In this document: in pieces, positions 18,682 through 26,383 of the stretch
Position numbering within the stretch: position 1 is the stretch's first letter
Layout: every line of letters starts with the position of its first letter
Assembly (NCBI GenBank): GCA_043816085.1
Contig: JBDRII010000028.1
Span: forward strand, 1-27,031
Reading direction: 5' to 3'
Length of the DNA stretch: 27,031 nucleotides
Origin: Patescibacteria group bacterium
GTDB lineage: Bacteria > Patescibacteriota > Patescibacteriia > UBA9570 > JAHJKD01
The notes under the pieces: model-generated
The model's database searches: none
Seen by the model: only the letters and a program-made list of their open reading frames with translations
Told to the model about the DNA's origin: nothing
Program-made: the position numbers and the translations under genes

Positions 18682-19688
18682 ATAATATTAAATTACTACA
18701 AAAATTAGTAGAAATAGAAAGCCTATCTGGTCAAGAAAAAAAAGCAGCTAATTTTTTAATTAGGCACACTAAAAAATTAAATTTTGACAAAACTTATAAA
18801 GATGACGCTGGAAATTTTGTAGCTGAAAGGGGAGGCGGAAATAATATAATTTTATTAGTTGGGCATGTTGATACTGTTTCCGGAAAAATACCAGTCCGCA
18901 TAAAAAATAATAATCTGTATGGAAGGGGAAGCGTAGATGCTAAGGGATGTTTAGCTACTTTTATCAGTGCTGTAAATAATTTAGTTAATCTAGAAAATAA
19001 CAAATTTATAATAATAGGCGCAGTAGAAGAAGAATGTGAAACATCTAAAGGCGCAAAATTTATTTTAGATAAATATAATCCAAACGCAATATTTATTGGT
19101 GAACCAAGTGGTTGGTCTAATATTACTATTGGTTACAAAGGCAGTCTTAGGCTTGAATATGCAGATGAGTGCCAAAACTTGCATTACGCTAATCCTGATT
19201 CAAATTTAATAAATAAAGCAATTAATTTTATTAATAATTTAAAAAATAATCTTAGTGAAGACGAAATATTAGAAATTAGAAATTTTAATACAACCAACAA
19301 TGGACTAACTCAAAAAGTTAACATAAAAATTAATATCCGAACATCTCCTAATTTTAATATAAATAAAATTGACAATTTATTGAAAAATAAACAAATTACT
19401 ATCAAAGAAAACATTCCTGGAATAATAGCAAATAAAAATAATTTTTTAGTAAAATCCATGTTAAAAAGTATTAGAAAATCCAGTGGTAAACCAAAATTTT
19501 TACGAAAAACCGGTACTTCAGACTTTAATTATTTAGCGAAGAATTGGCCAAATATTCCTATTTTGGCTTATGGTCCAGGTAATTCTAAACTTGATCATGC
19601 CCCGAATGAACATTTAGATCTAAATGAGTATAAAAAAGCCATAAAAGTTTTGACTTTTGCATTAAATAGTGTTAAAATGGGCGCATGA
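18675..19688 (+). CDS. lysK: [LysW]-lysine/ornithine hydrolase (M20 family)
   Basis: GHVDTV, GRGSVDAKG, VEEE, IGEP, GTSD and YGPG...DHAPNEH metal-binding motifs; last gene of the LysW cassette. Confidence 0.92.
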   Translation: MLDNIKLLQKLVEIESLSGQEKKAANFLIRHTKKLNFDKTYKDDAGNFVAERGGGNNIILLVGHVDTVSGKIPVRIKNNNLYGRGSVDAKGCLATFISAVNNLVNLENNKFIIIGAVEEECETSKGAKFILDKYNPNAIFIGEPSGWSNITIGYKGSLRLEYADECQNLHYANPDSNLINKAINFINNLKNNLSEDEILEIRNFNTTNNGLTQKVNIKINIRTSPNFNINKIDNLLKNKQITIKENIPGIIANKNNFLVKSMLKSIRKSSGKPKFLRKTGTSDFNYLAKNWPNIPILAYGPGNSKLDHAPNEHLDLNEYKKAIKVLTFALNSVKMGA

Positions 19689-21772
19689 TAAAATCTGAAC
19701 AAGAAATCCGGAGGGAAAAACTAACAACAATTAAAGATCAGGGGTCAAACCCTTATCCAAGTACTAGTAAAAGAGATGCTTTAATTTTAGATTTTTTAGA
19801 AAATTTTAATAAGCTAAAAAGAAAGAAAAAAGAAGTAACTATTTCTGGGCGAATAATGACATTTAGAGCACATGGCAAATTAGCCTTTGCCAACCTTTTA
19901 GATCGTACTGGAAAATTACAAATTATTTTTTCTCAAAATGAATTAGGCCCGGATAAATATAAATTTCTAAAAAATATTGATATCGGTGACATTATCCAGG
20001 TTACTGGAACTGCTTTTATTACAGAAAAAAAAGAAGAGTCCCTACTTATTACTGACTATAAATTATTATCCAAAGCCCTAGAACCACTTCCAGACAAATG
20101 GCATGGCATTAAAGATGAAGAAACAAGATATAGAAAAAGATATCTAGATATTTTATTAAACCCAGAGCTCCAAGATATGTTTAGAAAAAAGGCTATTTTT
20201 TGGAATAGTATGAGACAATTTTTACTAGACAACAAATTTATTGAAGTAGAAACCCCAGTATTAGAGACTACTCCTGGTGGCGCAGATGCTGAGCCTTTTA
20301 TTACACACCATAACGCCCTAGACATAGACCTATATCTTAGAATTTCTATGGGGGAGCTTTGGCAAAAAAAATTAATGGTAGCCGGATATGAACGGACTTT
20401 TGAAATTGGTCGCCAATTCAGAAATGAAGGAATTGATCCAGAACATTTACAAGATTATACTCAAATGGAATTTTACATGGCCTACACAAATTATGAAGAA
20501 GGTATGAAACTGGTTGAAGAGATGTACAAGTATGTTATAGCTAAAACTTTTGGAAAATTAAAATTTAAAATAAAAGATTTTGATTTAGATTTTAGTCAAA
20601 AATGGGAAAAAATTGATTATGTTTCTGCCATTGAAAAAAAATATCAAATCAACATATTAGACGCTGATGAAAAAAAATTACAAAAAAAATGTCAGGAATT
20701 AAAACTAGATGTTTCAGATAAAGCAGGCAAAGGCAGATTAATGGATACTTTATGGAAACAAGTTAGAAAAACTATTGCTGGGCCAGCATTTTTAGTAAAC
20801 CAGCCTGTTGAAGTTTCACCCCTGGCAAAAAGACAAGAAAAAAATCCAAAATTAGTAGAACGATTTCAAGTAATAACAGCTGGATCAGAAAACGGAAACG
20901 GTTATTCCGAACTTAATGATCCAATTGACCAAGAAAACCGATTTAAAGAACAAGCCGCCCTTCGAGAAGCCGGGGACTCTGAAGCTCAAATGCATGACGA
21001 AGAATTTGTAGAAGCCCTTAAGCATGGTATGCCACCAACTTGCGGATTCGGCGTATCTGAACGTTTATTTTCATTTTTGATGGATAAGCCAATTCGTGAA
21101 TGTGTTCTCTTTCCCTTACTTCGTCCAAAAAATAATCACGAAATCACGAAAAAACCGAATGTCGCGAAAAAAGAAGAAAAAGAAGAAAAAATTGATTTTA
21201 ATATTTCCCGTGAAAAATCTTTAGAACTTTTAAAAGCCCACATGAAAGACGAGGCTAATCTAAATCATAGTTTAGAAAGTGAAGCTGTGATGAGAGGGGT
21301 AGCAGAACACTTGGGTGAAGATGTAAAATATTGGGGAGCATTAGGGTTGCTACACGACGTAGATTGGGAATACGGAGAAGATGAACATTGTGTAAAATGT
21401 TCTGAGATCTTAAAGGACGCTGGATATGATGATTTATTTGTAGAAACAGTTATATCTCATGGATGGGGAGTAGAAGATTGTGGTAAAGGAACATTAAAAG
21501 ATTTTAAACGAGAAACTAAAGTTCAGCATGCTCTAGCAGCTAGTGAAACTATTACAGGTTTAATTTTTGCGTCGGCCTTAGTTCGCCCAGATAAAAAACT
21601 AGAATCTGTAAAAGTAAAGTCAATTAAGAAAAAAATAAAAGACAAATCTTTTGCCGCCAAAGTTAACAGAAACGTAATAAAAGAATGCGAACAAGTTGGA
21701 CTAGAATTAGATGAATTTTTAGCCATAGCATTAAAATCCATGCAGGGCATAGCAAAAGAAATAGGATTATAA
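19685..21772 (+). CDS. lysS: Lysine--tRNA ligase (class II) fused to a C-terminal HD-domain hydrolase
   Basis: OB-fold GRIMTFRAHGK, RYRKRYLD, IGRQFRNEG, GMPPTCGFG..ER and LFPLLRP ending about aa 481. After a linker, aa ~507-695 carry H528, HD 557-558, ETITGLI, ALVRP and KKIKDKSFAAKV. Confidence 0.96.
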   Translation: MIKSEQEIRREKLTTIKDQGSNPYPSTSKRDALILDFLENFNKLKRKKKEVTISGRIMTFRAHGKLAFANLLDRTGKLQIIFSQNELGPDKYKFLKNIDIGDIIQVTGTAFITEKKEESLLITDYKLLSKALEPLPDKWHGIKDEETRYRKRYLDILLNPELQDMFRKKAIFWNSMRQFLLDNKFIEVETPVLETTPGGADAEPFITHHNALDIDLYLRISMGELWQKKLMVAGYERTFEIGRQFRNEGIDPEHLQDYTQMEFYMAYTNYEEGMKLVEEMYKYVIAKTFGKLKFKIKDFDLDFSQKWEKIDYVSAIEKKYQINILDADEKKLQKKCQELKLDVSDKAGKGRLMDTLWKQVRKTIAGPAFLVNQPVEVSPLAKRQEKNPKLVERFQVITAGSENGNGYSELNDPIDQENRFKEQAALREAGDSEAQMHDEEFVEALKHGMPPTCGFGVSERLFSFLMDKPIRECVLFPLLRPKNNHEITKKPNVAKKEEKEEKIDFNISREKSLELLKAHMKDEANLNHSLESEAVMRGVAEHLGEDVKYWGALGLLHDVDWEYGEDEHCVKCSEILKDAGYDDLFVETVISHGWGVEDCGKGTLKDFKRETKVQHALAASETITGLIFASALVRPDKKLESVKVKSIKKKIKDKSFAAKVNRNVIKECEQVGLELDEFLAIALKSMQGIAKEIGL

Positions 21773-21782
21773 ATAAAAAAAT

Positions 21783-23021
21783 ATGATAGACATAAAACAA
21801 TTACAGGAAAATTTAGCCAAATATAAAAAAGGTGCTGAAGATAAAGGTGTGGAAGTTGAGTTTGAAAAAATTATTCGAGCAGACGAGGAAAGAAAAAACC
21901 TAATTCAAAGAACAGACAAATTAAGAGCCGACCAAAATAAAGCTAATGACGAAATTGCTGCTGCTTCTCCTGAAGAAAAAAAACAAAAAATTGGTTTAAT
22001 GAAAAAATTATCAGATGAAGTTAAAGAATTAACAGTATTACTAAGAGACAAAGAAGATAATTTTCATCAATTAATGAGCAGTATTCCCAACCCTGCATTA
22101 GACGATGTTCCAGTGGGAAAATCAGACAAAGATAACAAAGTTCTAAAGAAAGTGGGGGATGTACCAAAAATGGAGTTTGAACCCAAATCATACCTTGAAA
22201 TTGGCGAAAAATTGGACATTATAGACGTAAAAAGGGCAGCCAAGGTGTCTGGGTCTAGATTTGGTTATTTAAAAGGAGACGCCGTAAAATTGCAGTTTGC
22301 CTTACTAAATTATGCTTTAGCCAAATTAGATAAAAATGGCTTCACCGCTGTACTTCCTCCGGTCATGGTAAAGAGACCAGCTATGGAAGCTATGGGCTTT
22401 TTAGACCGGTCTGAAGAGGATGTTTTTCAAACCATGCGCGACAAATATTATCTAGTAGGAACATCCGAGCAGTCGATTGGACCAATGCATATGGATGAAA
22501 TTTTAGACGAAAAAAAATTGCCTTTAAAATATTTTGGCTACTCAACATGCTTCAGGCGTGAAGCTGGTTCTTATGGAAAAGATACTAAAGGTATATTAAG
22601 AGTTCACCAATTTGATAAAGTAGAAATGTTCTGTTTTTCTAAACCTGAAGAAAGTGAAAAACTACAAGAAGACATGTTGGGGTTAATAGAAGAAATAATG
22701 CAAGAATTAAAACTTCCATATCAAGTAGTTGCACTTTGCACTGGCGACATGGGCACACCCCAGGCTCGAACTTTTGACATAGAAACCTGGGTTCCTTCAG
22801 AAAATAAATATCGTGAAACCCATTCTATTTCAACTTGCACTGATTTCCAAGCTAGAAGATTAAACACTAAATATAAAAAAGATGGCAAAAACGAATTCGT
22901 CCACACCTTAAACGGCACTTGTTTTGCCTTTGGCCGCATGATCATCGCCATTATAGAAAACTACCAAAAAGAAGATGGAACTTATGATGTTCCTGAAATA
23001 TTAACTTCTTACTATAATTAA
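21783..23021 (+). CDS. serS: Serine--tRNA ligase
   Basis: N-terminal coiled-coil arm, LVGTSEQ, CFRREAGSYGKDTKGILRVHQFDKVE, DFQARRL and HTLNGT. Confidence 0.98.
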   Translation: MIDIKQLQENLAKYKKGAEDKGVEVEFEKIIRADEERKNLIQRTDKLRADQNKANDEIAAASPEEKKQKIGLMKKLSDEVKELTVLLRDKEDNFHQLMSSIPNPALDDVPVGKSDKDNKVLKKVGDVPKMEFEPKSYLEIGEKLDIIDVKRAAKVSGSRFGYLKGDAVKLQFALLNYALAKLDKNGFTAVLPPVMVKRPAMEAMGFLDRSEEDVFQTMRDKYYLVGTSEQSIGPMHMDEILDEKKLPLKYFGYSTCFRREAGSYGKDTKGILRVHQFDKVEMFCFSKPEESEKLQEDMLGLIEEIMQELKLPYQVVALCTGDMGTPQARTFDIETWVPSENKYRETHSISTCTDFQARRLNTKYKKDGKNEFVHTLNGTCFAFGRMIIAIIENYQKEDGTYDVPEILTSYYN

Positions 23022-23039
23022 ATAACCCGGAGGCACTGA

Positions 23040-23093
23040 TGATAACTGCGGGCCTGCCTGCCGGCAGGCAGGTACGGTGCCCCGCAGTTATCA
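23040..23093. terminator. Hairpin between convergent serS and alr (likely bidirectional terminator) with a palindrome in its loop
   Basis: 13-bp inverted repeat TGATAACTGCGGG (23040-52)/CCCGCAGTTATCA (23081-93). Confidence 0.7.
23053..23072. repeat. Perfect 20-bp palindrome CCTGCCTGCCGGCAGGCAGG
   Basis: Fully self-complementary; second copy of the element found in holB. Confidence 0.92.
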
Positions 23094-23095
23094 AA

Positions 23096-24184
23096 TTATT
23101 TATAAACTCTCTCTATATTAGAATTAATTCTAGTAACAACTTCATAATTAATAGTTTCAGCCCAAGAAGCAAATTCTTCGGCAGTAATATTTTTTCCTAT
23201 TAATTCAACTTCATCATTTACTTTTACTTGTTTAATTTTAGATACATCAACTATTATTAAATTCATACAAACTCGACCTAAAATAGGACATCGATGCTTA
23301 TTTATAAATACTTCACCTCGGCCTGATAATATTCTAGGCACGCCCTCATTATAACCAACCGGTAAAACTGCAATTTTTGTATCTTTTTTTGTTTGATATG
23401 TACAACCATATCCAATAAATTCCCCTTTAGGAATAATCTTAACTTGAATAATTTTAGTTTTCCAGGTTAAAGCAGGTTTTAAAATTATTTTTGAATTATG
23501 TTTTGACGGCCGCAAACCATACAAGCTTAATCCAAGTCTCATACCATCAAATTTTCCATTAGGGGAGGATAGAATAGCAGCTGAACACGCCGCATGATAA
23601 TTATTTACCTTAATATTTATTTTATCTAATTCTTCTTTGATTAATTCAAATTTTTCAGTTTGCTTACGCGTAAATAAATTATCTTCTTCAGAATTTGCAT
23701 AATGAGTAAACACACCTTCGATCTCTAAATAGGGGAGTGCTACTACTTTTTTCACAAATAAAATAAAATCTTTTGACAAAACTCCCAATCGAGATGTTCC
23801 AGTATCAACCTTTAGATGAATTTTAACGTTTTTCTTTAAACTAGATAAAAATTTAGCCTGATCTAAATTATAAACAGAAAATTCTATTTTATTATTATTT
23901 TTAATTAATTTTTTCGCGTCTTCGCGTGCCCAATAACTTAAAATAAAAATAGGGGATTTAATATTATTTTTTTGTAGGAGTAATGCTTCGGTAGAATTTA
24001 CTGTACAAATCTTGTCTGCTAATTTCGATTTATCAATTAATTTGGCAATTTCTAAAATTCCATGGCCATAAGCATTACTCTTTACTACGGGCATTAAAAG
24101 CCTGTCTTTTCCTATTAATTTACGAAAAGATTTTAAATTATGAATAATTGCTTTTTTGTCTATTTCGACCCAAGTAAAGCCCAT
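23096..24184 (-). CDS. alr: Alanine racemase
   Basis: VVKSNAYGHG (PLP lysine), HLKVDTGTSRLG, THYA, IGYGCTY, VGYNEG and GRVCMN. Confidence 0.97.
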   Translation of the reverse strand: MGFTWVEIDKKAIIHNLKSFRKLIGKDRLLMPVVKSNAYGHGILEIAKLIDKSKLADKICTVNSTEALLLQKNNIKSPIFILSYWAREDAKKLIKNNNKIEFSVYNLDQAKFLSSLKKNVKIHLKVDTGTSRLGVLSKDFILFVKKVVALPYLEIEGVFTHYANSEEDNLFTRKQTEKFELIKEELDKINIKVNNYHAACSAAILSSPNGKFDGMRLGLSLYGLRPSKHNSKIILKPALTWKTKIIQVKIIPKGEFIGYGCTYQTKKDTKIAVLPVGYNEGVPRILSGRGEVFINKHRCPILGRVCMNLIIVDVSKIKQVKVNDEVELIGKNITAEEFASWAETINYEVVTRINSNIERVYK

Positions 24185-25092
24185 TGAATTAAGTTGTCTA
24201 ATAATTTAGGAAAATCTATGCCTGCTGCTTTAGCTGCTTCTGGTAATAGGGAAGTATCAGTCATTCCCGGAATTGTATTAGCTTCAATAAAATAAAAATT
24301 TTCATTTTGGTCTACCATAAAATCAATCCTGGACATTCCATCGCATCCAAGTAATTTATATATTTGTTCAGATGTATCTTGTAATTTTTTATTTAATCCA
24401 TTATCAATTTTTGCCGGACAAATATGAGTTGAACCACCTTTAGAATATTTAGATTTATAATTATAAAAATCTCCCTCATTTGATATAATCCGTGTTACTG
24501 GTAAAACATTTGATTTTTTATTTGGCCCAATTACGCTAACAGTATATTCTTCTCCTTCAATAAAATCTTCAACCAATATTTCTTTATTTTCACTAAACGC
24601 CACATTAATAGCTCCCAATAAATCAACTTTATTCTTAACAATAGAAACACCAACCGAAGACCCAGCCCAGTTTGGTTTAACTACACAGGGTAGGCTTATT
24701 GAGTCCATATTAATATCTTTTTTATCATAAAAAACCTGATACTTGGGTGTAATAATTCCATATGATTCAACCATTTTTTTAGTCTTTACTTTATCCATAC
24801 ATAAAGATGATGTTAAAACGCCACAACCTACATAAGGAACATGAAAAAGCTCCATTAAACCTTGAATTGTGCCATCTTCACCAAATTTTCCATGCAAAAC
24901 CGGAAAAACCACATCAAATTTCTGATCTTTCATGTCTTGAATAAATTCTAATAATTCACTTTTTGGATCATATCTAAAAACCTCATATTTTTCCTTTGAA
25001 ATATTCTCTAAAACCTTTTCACCAGATGCTAAAGAAACCTCTCTTTCAGAGGATTCTCCACCCAATAATACTGCAATTTTTATTTTTTCCAT
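24160..25092 (-). CDS. ddl: D-alanine--D-alanine ligase
   Basis: GGESSEREVSLASG, LHGKFGEDG, DKVKTK, VKPNWAGSSVG, FYNYKSKY and EANTIPGMT. Confidence 0.97.
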   Translation of the reverse strand: MEKIKIAVLLGGESSEREVSLASGEKVLENISKEKYEVFRYDPKSELLEFIQDMKDQKFDVVFPVLHGKFGEDGTIQGLMELFHVPYVGCGVLTSSLCMDKVKTKKMVESYGIITPKYQVFYDKKDINMDSISLPCVVKPNWAGSSVGVSIVKNKVDLLGAINVAFSENKEILVEDFIEGEEYTVSVIGPNKKSNVLPVTRIISNEGDFYNYKSKYSKGGSTHICPAKIDNGLNKKLQDTSEQIYKLLGCDGMSRIDFMVDQNENFYFIEANTIPGMTDTSLLPEAAKAAGIDFPKLLDNLIQWALLGSK

Positions 25093-25098
25093 AAAATC

Positions 25099-25127
25099 AT
25101 TCTAATTGATTTTTCATAAAATTTCAA
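25099..25127 (-). promoter_or_regulatory. sigma70 promoter for ddl-alr, predicting a leaderless mRNA
   Basis: Minus strand reads TTGAAA (25127-25122), 17-bp spacer, TAGAAT (25104-25099), 6 nt, then ATG at 25092. Confidence 0.65.
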
Positions 25128-25134
25128 GTATAAT
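25106..25134 (+). promoter_or_regulatory. sigma70 promoter for ftsQ, overlapping the divergent ddl promoter
   Basis: TTGATT (25106-11), 17-bp spacer, TATAAT (25129-34); the ATG is at 25144. Confidence 0.65.
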
Positions 25135-25143
25135 ATTCATTAT

Positions 25144-26340
25144 ATGAAAAAGTTATCTAAATATCTGAAAGTAGGCCGGAACCGACGTTTAAAGTATTTA
25201 AAAGGCCAGGACTATAAAAAATACAAAGAATCTGACGGTGAAGAATACGCTTTTCGAAAAAAAGAACAAAAACCGCAAACACTTCGTGAATTTTTATTAA
25301 ATTGGATCTTAAAAAAAGATGGCTGGGCTTGGTTAATTATCGTACTTATCGTTGTGGGTGGGGGGCTAACCTTTCTTTTTGCTACTCCATTTTTCAAAAT
25401 AAATGAAATAAATTTAAATGGTAATAACCATATATCATCAGAGGAATTAAATAATATAATAAATAAATATAAAAATTCAAAATCTTTATTAATTTTTCCT
25501 AGAAATAATTATATATTTTTCAATGAAAAAAAATTACAAAATATTATTACAGAAAATATTCAAAATAAATTTGCCCTAGAAAGCATCTCTATAACCAAAA
25601 AACTACCTAACAAAATAAATATTAACATTTCCGAGCGTATTCCAGGCCTTATTTGGCAATCAGGAAGTCAAAAATATCTTTTAGACATAACTGGCTTTCC
25701 TACAGAAGAATTTTCTAAACAAGAAAACCAAAAAGAAGAAGAATATCCCAAAATTACAGATCAAAATGAAAAACCAGTAGAAATAGGCCAACAAGTAATT
25801 TCAGAGGATTTAATATCATTTGTATTAGATTTAGACCAAACATTCCCCCAAAAAACCAATTTAGAAATTAAAGAATATTTTATTCCTGAAATTCAATGCC
25901 AAGAAAAAGTATATCGAGCCGAAAAAATCTTAGCTGAAGAAATAGATGAAACCGAAGACGTTGAAACTAAAAATAAAAAGAAGGAAATATTAGAACAATA
26001 TAATGCAGGGGAGTTAGATGTAGAAGAAAGTCTAGATTTATTAGATGAAATTAAACGAGAAGAGAAAAAAAACAAAGAGTCTAAGTCTCCTGACGAGGAC
26101 AGCTCTGATGAATTTATTGAATGGCGAACCTATTACGAACCAGTAGAATGTGATCTAGTTAAAATAAATACTGAAATAAACATCTTAACAGCTAATAACT
26201 TTGCCATCTATCTAGACTCAAGTCACGACTTAGACAAACAATTAGAAAATTTAAATTCCATATTACTAGAAATAGTTGACAACAAAGAAAATTTAAATTA
26301 TATTGATCTACGTTTCCAAGACAAAGTTTATTATAAATAA
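25144..26340 (+). CDS. ftsQ: Cell division protein FtsQ/DivIB-like with an acidic insertion
   Basis: Basic cytoplasmic N-terminus, single TM, POTRA-like FKINEINLNGNNHIS...ITKKLPNKININISERIP, and C-terminal YIDLRFQDKVYYK. Confidence 0.82.
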   Translation: MKKLSKYLKVGRNRRLKYLKGQDYKKYKESDGEEYAFRKKEQKPQTLREFLLNWILKKDGWAWLIIVLIVVGGGLTFLFATPFFKINEINLNGNNHISSEELNNIINKYKNSKSLLIFPRNNYIFFNEKKLQNIITENIQNKFALESISITKKLPNKININISERIPGLIWQSGSQKYLLDITGFPTEEFSKQENQKEEEYPKITDQNEKPVEIGQQVISEDLISFVLDLDQTFPQKTNLEIKEYFIPEIQCQEKVYRAEKILAEEIDETEDVETKNKKKEILEQYNAGELDVEESLDLLDEIKREEKKNKESKSPDEDSSDEFIEWRTYYEPVECDLVKINTEINILTANNFAIYLDSSHDLDKQLENLNSILLEIVDNKENLNYIDLRFQDKVYYK

Positions 26341-26352
26341 TTAAAATTAGTA

Positions 26353-26374
26353 AAGACAATTCACGAATTGTCTT
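26353..26374. repeat. 10-bp inverted repeat AAGACAATTC-AC-GAATTGTCTT just upstream of iscU
   Basis: Perfect arms with a 2-nt spacer, ending 9 nt before the ATG. Confidence 0.6.
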
Positions 26375-26383
26375 AAATAACAT

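Noticed and set aside
14755-19688. AmCP-based secondary-metabolite cluster of the Streptomyces DADH type
   Set aside because: No transketolase-like pair, NRPS or tailoring genes; the set is the primary-metabolism X/Z/Y/J/K.
21134-21149. Tandem AATCACGA x2 in the LysRS-HD linker
   Set aside because: Too short to separate from chance or local slippage.
776-26383. Short minus-strand ORFs in the track (776-1081, 864-1598, 1617-1928, 2480-2668, 3061-3324, 4495-4770, 5175-5600, 6339-6545, 7414-7668, 10586-10837, 14101-14325, 17176-17358, 18794-19003, 20056-20325, 21523-21750, 22721-22951, 25212-25397, 25893-26075, 26192-26383)
   Set aside because: They lie antisense to well-supported genes, have S/F/L-rich shadow composition and show no recognisable motifs.
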